From a virus, in the IMG/VR virus record IMGVR_UViG_3300032294_003343, positions 32,001 to 96,000 of that record: a DNA stretch of 64,000 nt; one strand, written 5' to 3'. Below are positions 8,235-16,254 of this stretch, piece after piece. Made by a program: the position numbers and the translations under genes. Each line of letters starts with the position of its first letter. Positions within the stretch are counted from its first letter, which is position 1. The notes under the pieces were generated by a model. That model did not search any database. It was not told the DNA's origin and worked only from the letters and a program-made list of their open reading frames with translations.

Positions 8235-9922
8235 TTCATTTTCTCTTTTGCAATTTCATGAACTGATAAAGATTTTTCTTTAATAGTATCTTTTGCAGAT
8301 TCTAAAAGACTTGACAATAATTCTATATTTTGACTTTTTCCGTCTTCCTTAATAGAATTTTTGAGGTCTTTCAAATCATTGACATCTTCATCAATCAACA
8401 CATTTGTTCTAAGTAATTCTTCAACTTGAATTTCGCAATCATAAAGAAGATCGTGCAAATTTGTAATCTTTCTAAAGTATTCATCTTCTTCTTTGTATTT
8501 TTGTGCGTCGTTAATAATTTTTGATATTTCTTCATTTGATAACGATGCTTGCCCAGTAATCTCAATATCTTTATTGACTCCAGTGTCTAAATCTTGAGCC
8601 TTGACTGAAAGTATACCATTAGCATCAATTTCAAATGCAACTTCAATCTTTGGCACTCCTCTTGGTTTTTTATCTATACCATCAAGCTTAAATTCACCAA
8701 GACATAAATTATCAACCGTCTTTGGTCTTTCACCTTGATAAATCTTTACATCCACAGAAGTTTGGTCGTCATATGCAGTTGTAAAGATTTCCTTAATAAC
8801 TGCTGGAACTTGAGTATTTCTTGGTATCTGCACACTCATAATGCCACCTTGGGTTTCTACACCTAATGAAAGTGGGCAAACATCTAAAAGAAACACTTCT
8901 CTGCTTGATTTTCCTGTCAAAACTGATGCTTGGATTGCTGCGCCTATAGAAACGGCTTCATCAGGATTAATCGACTTATTTGGCTTTTTTCCGAACTTTT
9001 CTTCAATGACTCTTTCAATCATTGGAATTCTGGTACTTCCGCCTACAAAAACAACTTCATCTATTTTGTCAGTTCTTACATTTGCATCCCTTAAAGCATC
9101 ATTTACACAAACTAACGTTTTGTCAACGTAAGGTTTGATGGACACTTCAAATTCTTCACGAGTGATTTTTGTTGGACTTTTTCCAACCATAACATTCGCC
9201 ACTGTCATATGAGAAAGCATTTTTTTAGCTTTTTCCGATATGTTTCTCAATTCAGCAGGTTCTAATGTGTGTGAGGTTCTTTTGGAAATAATTTCACTTA
9301 TAGCAGAATCAAAATCTACACCACCAAGAGAAGTATTTCCTGATGTAGATTGGACATGAAAATCTACTCCGTCCATAAGCTTAAGTAATGTGACGTCAAA
9401 TGTTCCACCACCTAAATCATAAACAAGAATGGTGGCATCATTTTTCTTATCTAAACCATATGCTAAGGATGCTGCAGTAGGTTCATTGATAATTCTTAAT
9501 ACTTTAAGTCCAGCCAATTCTCCAGCTGTTTTTGTTGATTGTCTTTGGTCATTATTGAAATAAGCAGGGACAGTGATAACAGCTTCAGTGACTTCAAAAC
9601 CTAAATGTCTTTCAGCACAATTTTTGAGATATTTTAAAATGTAAGATGAAATTTCTTCTGGGCTGTAAGATTTATCTCCGATGACAAATCTCTTATTAGT
9701 ACCCATATGTCTTTTAACAACACGTATAGTATGAGAAAAGGGCAAATGCTGCTCCATGTCAACAGCATATTGCCCCACATATACTTCATCTCCAAATGAT
9801 ACAACACTTGGAGTAATTCTTTCGCCTAAATCATTTGGAATAACTTCTGCTTGATCGTTCTCATTTACATAAGAAACTACACTAAAAGTACTTCCTAAAT
9901 CAATTCCAATAGCATAACTCAT
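8231..9922 (-). CDS. dnaK: Hsp70/DnaK-family chaperone
   Basis: GIDLGST, TVPAYFN, INEPTAA, DLGGGTFD, VGGSTRIP, NPDEAV, linker VFLLDV, QGER, PKIEVAFEIDANGI. Confidence 0.97.
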   Translation of the reverse strand: MSYAIGIDLGSTFSVVSYVNENDQAEVIPNDLGERITPSVVSFGDEVYVGQYAVDMEQHLPFSHTIRVVKRHMGTNKRFVIGDKSYSPEEISSYILKYLKNCAERHLGFEVTEAVITVPAYFNNDQRQSTKTAGELAGLKVLRIINEPTAASLAYGLDKKNDATILVYDLGGGTFDVTLLKLMDGVDFHVQSTSGNTSLGGVDFDSAISEIISKRTSHTLEPAELRNISEKAKKMLSHMTVANVMVGKSPTKITREEFEVSIKPYVDKTLVCVNDALRDANVRTDKIDEVVFVGGSTRIPMIERVIEEKFGKKPNKSINPDEAVSIGAAIQASVLTGKSSREVFLLDVCPLSLGVETQGGIMSVQIPRNTQVPAVIKEIFTTAYDDQTSVDVKIYQGERPKTVDNLCLGEFKLDGIDKKPRGVPKIEVAFEIDANGILSVKAQDLDTGVNKDIEITGQASLSNEEISKIINDAQKYKEEDEYFRKITNLHDLLYDCEIQVEELLRTNVLIDEDVNDLKDLKNSIKEDGKSQNIELLSSLLESAKDTIKEKSLSVHEIAKEKMK

Positions 9923-9929
9923 AAGAATA

Positions 9930-9935
9930 ATTGTA
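9930..9935 (-). promoter_or_regulatory. -10 box TACAAT 7 nt before the dnaK ATG (putative leaderless promoter)
   Basis: Minus strand tgTACAATtattcttATG; no SD. Confidence 0.5.
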
Positions 9936-9937
9936 CA

Positions 9938-10291
9938 TTATTCTGAGTCATCTGGTAAAACAGTACCTCCAGGCACATAACCTTCCATTAATTCTTTCAA
10001 CGAATCTTTATTCTCTAACTTTTTCTTAAAGTCCAATGTTTCTTTTTTTGTTATTGGCCCATTAGGAGATAATTTACTCTCGTCTTTTGGCAAATCTGAT
10101 CTATAATCGTGAGCCATAGACATAAGTTGTGTGACTGCAAATGTGTCTTTACATTTTGGGCATCTCATAATTGCATACACTTCAACTTCTGATTTAGGAA
10201 GCCAACCAAGATGAGAGGCTTTTGTAAATTGAGCTTTGCAATTACGATTAAGACAACATTTAGGTTTGCCGACGATGGTTTGATGAAACAT
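9938..10291 (-). CDS. Zn-finger/Zn-ribbon hypothetical protein
   Basis: CCLNRNC...CPKC; start reassigned to the ATG at 10291 behind GGAGG. Confidence 0.7.
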   Translation of the reverse strand: MFHQTIVGKPKCCLNRNCKAQFTKASHLGWLPKSEVEVYAIMRCPKCKDTFAVTQLMSMAHDYRSDLPKDESKLSPNGPITKKETLDFKKKLENKDSLKELMEGYVPGGTVLPDDSE

Positions 10292-10404
10292 AGCACACCT
10301 CCAATGCGCAATAAGCACTTTATTATTCCTTGCAAAACATATCCCAACTTTTATTAAGAAACCTTAATAGGAGATAACTCTTTCTATGCTGTATACTATT
10401 ATAG

Positions 10405-10434
10405 TCCACTGGCGGATAAATTGAGGCCAGTGGA
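10405..10434 (+). promoter_or_regulatory. Stem-loop between a TATACT -10 box and a strong SD
   Basis: TCCACTGGC-N12-GCCAGTGGA followed by tattttt; TATACT at 10392-10397. Confidence 0.6.
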
Positions 10435-10461
10435 TATTTTTGTGTAAGGAGGTAAATGATT

Positions 10462-10533
10462 ATGAAAATTTTTGAACAAATTGAAGAAATGATGAATCAA
10501 GTAATTTCAGCACTTTTCAGAGTAGAATTGTAA
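10462..10533 (+). CDS. 23-aa peptide MKIFEQIEEMMNQVISALFRVEL (not in the ORF track)
   Basis: Perfect SD TAAGGAGGT at 10445-10453, 8 nt before the ATG; -10 box upstream and hairpin downstream. Confidence 0.6.
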   Translation: MKIFEQIEEMMNQVISALFRVEL

Positions 10534-10541
10534 GGCAACTT

Positions 10542-10565
10542 ATAATCTACAATGGCGTAGATTAT
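10542..10565. terminator. Hairpin between the convergent micro-ORF and helicase
   Basis: ATAATCTAC-aatggc-GTAGATTAT perfect 9-bp stem, followed by T residues on the + strand. Confidence 0.55.
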
Positions 10566-12328
10566 TTCAACTCATACATCTTCCAAGCACGTTCATTCTT
10601 GTATACTTTCTTTCTCATATTTACATGAGCTCTTAAATTCTTATGACTTGAAGCAAAATCGATAATGATAGCTTCAGGTTTTCCGTTTTTAATAGAGTCC
10701 TCAACATTCTTACCAACACATCGAAGTACTCTACCAACTTGCTGATATGTGGTTACAGGTGATGAGCTTGTACCAGCTAAAATCAGACAAGCAATCTTTG
10801 GAGCATCAACACCAACATTTGCCCATTGAGTTGCTATCAGAACGATTTCATTATTTTCGACAGCATTTAGCATTCTTCTACGGTAATTCTTTTCCTCATC
10901 ACTAGGATCTACTTCACCCTTATCACCACCGGGAACAAATACAGCATCCTCAATCATCCCTTCAAGGATATTTCCGTGTTCCATTCTTTCAACAAGAATA
11001 AGAGTGGGAATGCCTTTTGCTTTCATACCTTCAGCAAATTGTTTTATTCTGAAGTTTCTTTCCCAGCAATTAACTATGTTCAAATTGTAAACTTCGTGAT
11101 AAGTTTGACCAGGTTCTACAGTGCTGATATTTACGACAAAAATCTTGGGTGGAACAAGATAACCTCGCTCAACAAGATCACTAGCACTTACTTCACAGAC
11201 TTTTCCACCTAAAGTACCTTCAATTCTGATTTCTTGATTGTCTGTACGAAATGGTGTAGCGCTCAAACCAAGCCTATAATATGCCTTTTTAGCCTGATTT
11301 CCTATTTCTTCAGTAACAACAGCAGCCAAGTGTGCTTCATCAATAATCAAGGCATTACAGCATTGAATTACGTTTCTTACCTGTGCCTTTTGAAATAATG
11401 TATCCTGCCTATTGTCCCAAGCTGTCTGTGCCTTCTTATATGCAGCTAATTCAGTCTTTATTAATAAACTGATTTCACGTTCATACTTTTTACGTAATTT
11501 ATCTGCATCTTTTGACTGATTTTCTTCTGCTGTTTCAACTTGCACATACAAATCAGAAAGTTTTCCTGATGCAATTTGACGTGCTTTTTTGTATTTGGCT
11601 GTGGCTTCATCTAATTCTTTTTGTAAGAGTCCAGTGGGTTTGGATCCTTCACCAGTGTCTTCTACTATCTTGTTATTGCTTTCCATATACTTCTTATCAA
11701 AAGCAATAAGGGCAGTTTGGTAGGTAATTACATTGATACCCTCCATGTTGATATCGCATAGACCACCTCCAGCAATACCAACTTTGACAGACTGACCATC
11801 AATCTTAAGATATTTCTCAAATTCTTTTTGAGTTTGCTTAAGTAATTCAATAGCTGGAACAATGAATACCACTGGCTTGACTTTGAGTTTATGAAAAATA
11901 TAACAAGAAGTCATAGTCTTTCCAGCACCAGTAGCAAGAGCAAGCATTCCACGTTGATTTTTAAGTGCTAAATCTCCTGAAATCATTTGATAATCACGAA
12001 GATCTTTTCCCATAAAATCACAATTTATGTTGTAATCTCTTACAGGCTTTTCTCTCTTGTCAGTAAATGTGTATTGTTCATTTAATTCATCAAGTAAACG
12101 AGCAACACGCATAGTAAGACCTGTTGGAAATGATTGAGTTCTTTTTACATACAAAGATATCAATCCATCCCATTGACCAGTCTTGTATTTAGCAGACCAT
12201 TCAGAGTCTGGAACTTTATATGATAATTCGTTTCTCAAAGCTTCTTGATATGGGTAAGGCAATTTACCCATAGGATCATTATGGTTTATGATCACGCTTT
12301 TATCATTGTAAACTTCTATTTCTACCAT
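10562..12328 (-). CDS. SF2 DEAH helicase, UvsW-like, with a helical insertion
   Basis: GQWDG..FPTGL N-domain, LRDYQ, ATGAGKT, DEAH, SAT, GVD, QQVGRVLR. Confidence 0.92.
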   Translation of the reverse strand: MVEIEVYNDKSVIINHNDPMGKLPYPYQEALRNELSYKVPDSEWSAKYKTGQWDGLISLYVKRTQSFPTGLTMRVARLLDELNEQYTFTDKREKPVRDYNINCDFMGKDLRDYQMISGDLALKNQRGMLALATGAGKTMTSCYIFHKLKVKPVVFIVPAIELLKQTQKEFEKYLKIDGQSVKVGIAGGGLCDINMEGINVITYQTALIAFDKKYMESNNKIVEDTGEGSKPTGLLQKELDEATAKYKKARQIASGKLSDLYVQVETAEENQSKDADKLRKKYEREISLLIKTELAAYKKAQTAWDNRQDTLFQKAQVRNVIQCCNALIIDEAHLAAVVTEEIGNQAKKAYYRLGLSATPFRTDNQEIRIEGTLGGKVCEVSASDLVERGYLVPPKIFVVNISTVEPGQTYHEVYNLNIVNCWERNFRIKQFAEGMKAKGIPTLILVERMEHGNILEGMIEDAVFVPGGDKGEVDPSDEEKNYRRRMLNAVENNEIVLIATQWANVGVDAPKIACLILAGTSSSPVTTYQQVGRVLRCVGKNVEDSIKNGKPEAIIIDFASSHKNLRAHVNMRKKVYKNERAWKMYELK

Positions 12329-12334
12329 TCAATC

Positions 12335-12343
12335 AGTATACCA
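12335..12343 (-). promoter_or_regulatory. Extended -10 (TGgTATACT) 6 nt before the helicase ATG
   Basis: Minus strand aaTGgTATACTgattgaATG; no SD. Confidence 0.6.
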
Positions 12344-12348
12344 TTAAG

Positions 12349-12390
12349 CAAAACAACCATTTTCGTGATGTCACGAAAATGGTTGTTTTG
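12349..12390. repeat. Perfect inverted repeat, 20-bp arms with a 2-bp spacer
   Basis: CAAAACAACCATTTTCGTGA-tg-TCACGAAAATGGTTGTTTTG. Confidence 0.95.
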
Positions 12391-12404
12391 TCGAAGAAAC
12401 ATCC

Positions 12405-12839
12405 TTATCGATGATTCATTGCGTTGAATTTATTTACAGCAATTTCAATCTGCTTTGGTTTCTTGCCTACAAAAGTCTCCAATGTAGAAAGAACAAGCAT
12501 ATGAATCTTATCAACATCTTCTTCTGAAAGTTCAATGCCCTTTTGAGCACATCCCAAACGAATATATCTCACAAATTGATCAACTGCATCGTCTTGTGAA
12601 AATTCTCCATCTTGAATCTTCTTCAAACCTTCAATCCAAATGTCTAAAATACCATCAGCTTTTTCACCAAGTTTGCTACGAAGAACAAGCTTGATTACTT
12701 CTAGTGTTTGTAAAGCTGCTGAACTTTCAGTTTTTGATTTTGCTAAGAAAAAGAAGACTACGCTACCAAGAATGAAACAAATTACATAGACAATAATCTC
12801 ATTTTGTGTTGACTTCAGAAAATTACTAATTAATTCCAT
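12405..12839 (-). CDS. Membrane-anchored protein, possibly LL-H-like holin
   Basis: Single N-terminal TM (IIVYVICFILGSVVFFFLA) then helical region with GIELSEE...IEIAVNKFN; ATG at 12839 just after the upstream stop. Holin call is weak. Confidence 0.45.
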   Translation of the reverse strand: MELISNFLKSTQNEIIVYVICFILGSVVFFFLAKSKTESSAALQTLEVIKLVLRSKLGEKADGILDIWIEGLKKIQDGEFSQDDAVDQFVRYIRLGCAQKGIELSEEDVDKIHMLVLSTLETFVGKKPKQIEIAVNKFNAMNHR

Positions 12840-12841
12840 AA

Positions 12842-13060
12842 TTAACAATCCTTTGCGATAACTGAATCATCTTCATCAGATGCATTAGGATCAAGATCCA
12901 TATCTGTAGTTAAAGGAATAACTAATTCATCCTTAATTTGTGCGGTGACAGTTTCATCTTTCTTTTCATCTGCCCAAACGAGATTGTCAGCCATTACTTC
13001 TTCGCCTTCTGCGTTAGTAAACTTTTCAATCTTGCCTGTAGCTCTCTTTACCATACTCAT
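12842..13060 (-). CDS. Small acidic hypothetical protein
   Basis: 72-aa ORF, ATGA overlap with the dnaJ stop, fills the gap. Confidence 0.7.
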   Translation of the reverse strand: MSMVKRATGKIEKFTNAEGEEVMADNLVWADEKKDETVTAQIKDELVIPLTTDMDLDPNASDEDDSVIAKDC

Positions 13061-14040
13061 AACATTTGCCTCCTTTTTCTAGATTCGACATATGATTTTA
13101 AAAATTGTGATTCTTCATCAGAAATTTCTTTAGGGATTTTATACATTATTTTGAGGTGCAAATCAGAAAATGTATCGTTTGATGTTGGGATACCTTTGTT
13201 TTTAACTATATGTACGTAGCCATTCTTTACGCTGTTGTTAAACTTGAAATTTAATTTGTTTCCATTTACATGTTGATATTTAAATTCTGGATCAATTAAG
13301 GCCATTACAGGATCAATTTCAAATTCATGAACGAGATTCAAATTAGCATCTATTTCGTATTTATCTCTTGCTTTAGTAATAACTTCTACGATAAGAGGAC
13401 CAGGAGCTTGATGAATATCCCCATGGTTTCCTCTTCCTTGAATCATTGATGATCTAAAAACGTGTCCTTTGTTTATAGTGAGATCAAAATTTTCATACAT
13501 TCTTGTAAAGCCAGAGCCATTGCAGTAATTACAGAAAGATTCAAACTTTTCACCTCTACCATAACAACTACCACAGGGGCCAGCGTAATTTCTAACGTGC
13601 ATGAAACCTAAATTTTGTATGATGTAATGTTCGCCTGATCCCATACAACTCATACAAATAGTTTTGTTTCCACTTCCACCAATTCCTGAACAAGCTCCAC
13701 AAGGTGTCAAACGTTCATAATTAAGAGTTTTAACTACATTTTTGTAAACTTCTTCTAATTCCAATTCGATAGTAACGGTGATTGGAGTGTTAAGATTTTT
13801 TCTGAATGGGTTATGTGGAGTATTTCTAAAGGGATTTGCAGGAGGCTCAAAGTGATGTTGTGGAGGTGGAGGATTTAAGATATCTTCATAAGCTTGAGAT
13901 ATTTCCTTAAATTTTTCTTCTGAGCCAGCTTCTTTGTTTACATCTGGATGGTATTGCTTAGCTAACTTTCTGTAAGCTTTTTTTGCATCGTCAACTGAAG
14001 CGTTGTGTGGCAGACCTAAAACATCATATGGGTTTGGCAT
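13057..14040 (-). CDS. dnaJ: DnaJ (class A) co-chaperone
   Basis: J domain with HPD, four CxxCxGxG repeats, C-terminal domain PGPLIVEV; G/F region replaced by a short Pro/Asn/Phe linker. Confidence 0.95.
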   Translation of the reverse strand: MPNPYDVLGLPHNASVDDAKKAYRKLAKQYHPDVNKEAGSEEKFKEISQAYEDILNPPPPQHHFEPPANPFRNTPHNPFRKNLNTPITVTIELELEEVYKNVVKTLNYERLTPCGACSGIGGSGNKTICMSCMGSGEHYIIQNLGFMHVRNYAGPCGSCYGRGEKFESFCNYCNGSGFTRMYENFDLTINKGHVFRSSMIQGRGNHGDIHQAPGPLIVEVITKARDKYEIDANLNLVHEFEIDPVMALIDPEFKYQHVNGNKLNFKFNNSVKNGYVHIVKNKGIPTSNDTFSDLHLKIMYKIPKEISDEESQFLKSYVESRKRRQML

Positions 14041-14046
14041 AAAGTC

Positions 14047-14052
14047 ATTATA
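14047..14052 (-). promoter_or_regulatory. -10 box TATAAT 6 nt before the dnaJ ATG
   Basis: Minus strand gTATAATgactttATG, overlapping the upstream stop; no SD. Confidence 0.5.
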
Positions 14053-14722
14053 CTAATTTGGAAAGCATATTAGTAATTTTATTAGAAGGACACACGGCAT
14101 TTTCTCCAACGCCTATATCAGCATGTTGCCCTGTAACACCCATAATTGTGCCATAAACTAAATTGTCTGTTCCAATAACCATTCCGCCCGATGAACCTTC
14201 AAGAATGTCAGCGTCAACAAATATAATATCATTCCATGCTGGCATATTTGGGTCGTTAATTGCTTGATGTAAATTAGAAATTCTTCCCACTGTTGCTGTA
14301 TCATGAAACCCTTCAGGAGATCCTATAACTGCAACAATATCACCAACTTCAATCATATCACTATTCGCAAACTTTAAAGCTGGTATATTTGATGGTATGC
14401 TTTCTGCTTTTACTGCGCCTGAATCAATTGAAGGATCAGAAGTTATAAAAGATGCTGGAATAAAATTTTTATTATCAAAAGTAATAAGAATTTCTGTCAA
14501 TGTTTCATTTGCTGGAACAACATGTCCTGCGGTGATAATAATATTGTTTCCAATGTGAAATCCACTTCCAGACCAGTTTCTCTTTCCAGATCTCACATAT
14601 ATAGAACAAGAAGATTGAAGCCCCAATTGTATTGTTTTTTTAATTGGGTCTTCAATCTTTTCTGCGCTTTGGCTAGTCTTTATCAAACTATCCAAATAGT
14701 TTACATCTAATCTAAAATTCAT
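14048..14722 (-). CDS. Trypsin-like (S1, HtrA-type without PDZ) serine protease
   Basis: GSGF, TAGHVV (His), IDSGAV (Asp), GSSGG (Ser). Confidence 0.9.
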   Translation of the reverse strand: MNFRLDVNYLDSLIKTSQSAEKIEDPIKKTIQLGLQSSCSIYVRSGKRNWSGSGFHIGNNIIITAGHVVPANETLTEILITFDNKNFIPASFITSDPSIDSGAVKAESIPSNIPALKFANSDMIEVGDIVAVIGSPEGFHDTATVGRISNLHQAINDPNMPAWNDIIFVDADILEGSSGGMVIGTDNLVYGTIMGVTGQHADIGVGENAVCPSNKITNMLSKLV

Positions 14723-15177
14723 TGTATTACTTTGTACAAAATCTCATTTTCATCAACAGTTCCAAATCTTCTGCTATCATCTGACTTTGATAAATTATCA
14801 CCAACAAGATAATAATGATTTTTTGGAACTTTTAATTCCATCATATAAGCATCGTCTATATTTTTTATTTCCAAAATAGAATGGTATGAATTATCTATAA
14901 TAAGATCATAAACACCACTTTTTTTCATCATATAATAATAATATTCTTCTGGAGTATACAATATTCTTTTAACGATAAGAGTTCTATCATCACTATAAGC
15001 AACTACAACATCACTCTTTTTGAAATTTTTTGTTCTTTTAGCTAACAAAATCTGTCCATTCTTATAAGTTGGAAACATAGATTCTCCAACTACAACGACT
15101 AATTTGTAAGGTTGTAAATAAGCCAATAACAACAAGATACAACCAATTACCAAAGAAACTATCAATCTCTTTTTCAT
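14719..15177 (-). CDS. Signal peptidase I (S26)
   Basis: N-terminal TM, GESMFPT (Ser), IVKR (Lys), GDN..SDDSR.FG; SD GAGGTG. Confidence 0.92.
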   Translation of the reverse strand: MKKRLIVSLVIGCILLLLAYLQPYKLVVVVGESMFPTYKNGQILLAKRTKNFKKSDVVVAYSDDRTLIVKRILYTPEEYYYYMMKKSGVYDLIIDNSYHSILEIKNIDDAYMMELKVPKNHYYLVGDNLSKSDDSRRFGTVDENEILYKVIQ

Positions 15178-15239
15178 GCTTCACCTCTTGTAATAAAAGG
15201 AGCTGAAGACATTTCTTTTTTTTAGCTTTTTGCTCGTAG

Positions 15240-16202
15240 TTAAGATTTTTTAACAGTGATAGTTGACCAATCAATATTTGCAAGTTTAGGAACACCAGGA
15301 CCCCAATTTTGTTCTTCTCCAGGTTGAACATTTACATTTTGTAAACTTGAAATATTTCTCAATGCAATTATCATATCTTCTTGACAAAATTGATTTCCAA
15401 ATTCTGGAAGAAGATTCTGATTTTTCAATGCAGCTTTTATCAATGCGCAAATACCAGCAACAAATGGAGCTGCTTGACTTGTGCCTGACATTTTACAGTA
15501 GTTATTATTCAAGTGAGTTGAATAAATATTAGTGCCTGGAGCAACAATGTCCACTGTAAAATCCCTTGAAGTGAAAGTGGCTAAACTTCCATTTTCATCC
15601 AATGCAGCAACAGCAATAACTTCATCGTATCTTGCTGGATAATTCACTGCGTGTGAGTCGTTTCCGGCAGCTGCAATAACTACAATTCCTTTGGAAACTG
15701 CTTCTTTAATTAAATCGTGAATAAATGATGGTGGTGCAGATGGTGCTCCTAATGACATATTGATAATGTCAACATCCAAATCAATTGCTTTTCTTAAACC
15801 TGCAGCAATTGTGTCATAGCTTCCGCCACCACTATTGTCAAGAACTCTAATACAATAACATTTTGCTTTTGGTGCAACACCAACAACACCAAAGTCATTA
15901 TCAGAACCAGCAATAATTCCAGCTACGTGAACACCATGACCACTACCTGCGTCATTAACACTTGCTTCGCTTGTGCAGTTTACAGCTTCATCTGCCTTCC
16001 AAGCTTCAGCTAAATCTGCGTGTTCTGAAAATCCAGTATCAAGAATTGCAACTTTGATACCTTCACCTTGTTTAGAAACTTCCCAAACATCTTGAATGTT
16101 TGCAATAGCCATACCCCAGTTTTGAGTCTGCGATAATGCTGCAAACGGAACCGATACAACTTTTAAGTCTTCTTCAGGAATAAATTGAATTTTATCTTGC
16201 AT
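15240..16202 (-). CDS. Subtilisin-like S8 protease without signal peptide (intracellular type)
   Basis: ILDTG, HGVHVAG, AAGN, SGTSQAAPFVAG; start moved to the ATG at 16202 behind GAGGTG. Confidence 0.95.
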   Translation of the reverse strand: MQDKIQFIPEEDLKVVSVPFAALSQTQNWGMAIANIQDVWEVSKQGEGIKVAILDTGFSEHADLAEAWKADEAVNCTSEASVNDAGSGHGVHVAGIIAGSDNDFGVVGVAPKAKCYCIRVLDNSGGGSYDTIAAGLRKAIDLDVDIINMSLGAPSAPPSFIHDLIKEAVSKGIVVIAAAGNDSHAVNYPARYDEVIAVAALDENGSLATFTSRDFTVDIVAPGTNIYSTHLNNNYCKMSGTSQAAPFVAGICALIKAALKNQNLLPEFGNQFCQEDMIIALRNISSLQNVNVQPGEEQNWGPGVPKLANIDWSTITVKKS

Positions 16203-16227
16203 TTTTTCACCTCGATACAAGTATATT

Positions 16228-16254
16228 ATTCTTTATATAATTTTCCTAATTCCT
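16228..16254 (-). promoter_or_regulatory. Putative promoter AGG-N20-GAAT
   Basis: Minus strand aaAGGaattaggaaaattatataaaGAATa, upstream of the subtilase. Confidence 0.5.

Noticed and set aside
10340-10364. Sixth copy of the AGG..GAAT promoter (AGG-N18-GATA, minus strand)
   Set aside because: Both the spacer and the -10 element deviate; the similar AAAGG at 45026-45030 has no GAA at the expected distance
11384-11701. Possible intein in the helicase (also checked gyrA/gyrB)
   Set aside because: No splice-junction residues or LAGLIDADG blocks; the insert is coiled-coil-like
1-16202. Bacterial chromosome origin of the window (gyrAB, dnaK, dnaJ, signal peptidase)
   Set aside because: No dnaA/dnaN/recF or hrcA/grpE context in the window, chaperones are divergent, and genes are interleaved with virion-type genes; a huge phage fits better, though no capsid or terminase gene is present to prove it
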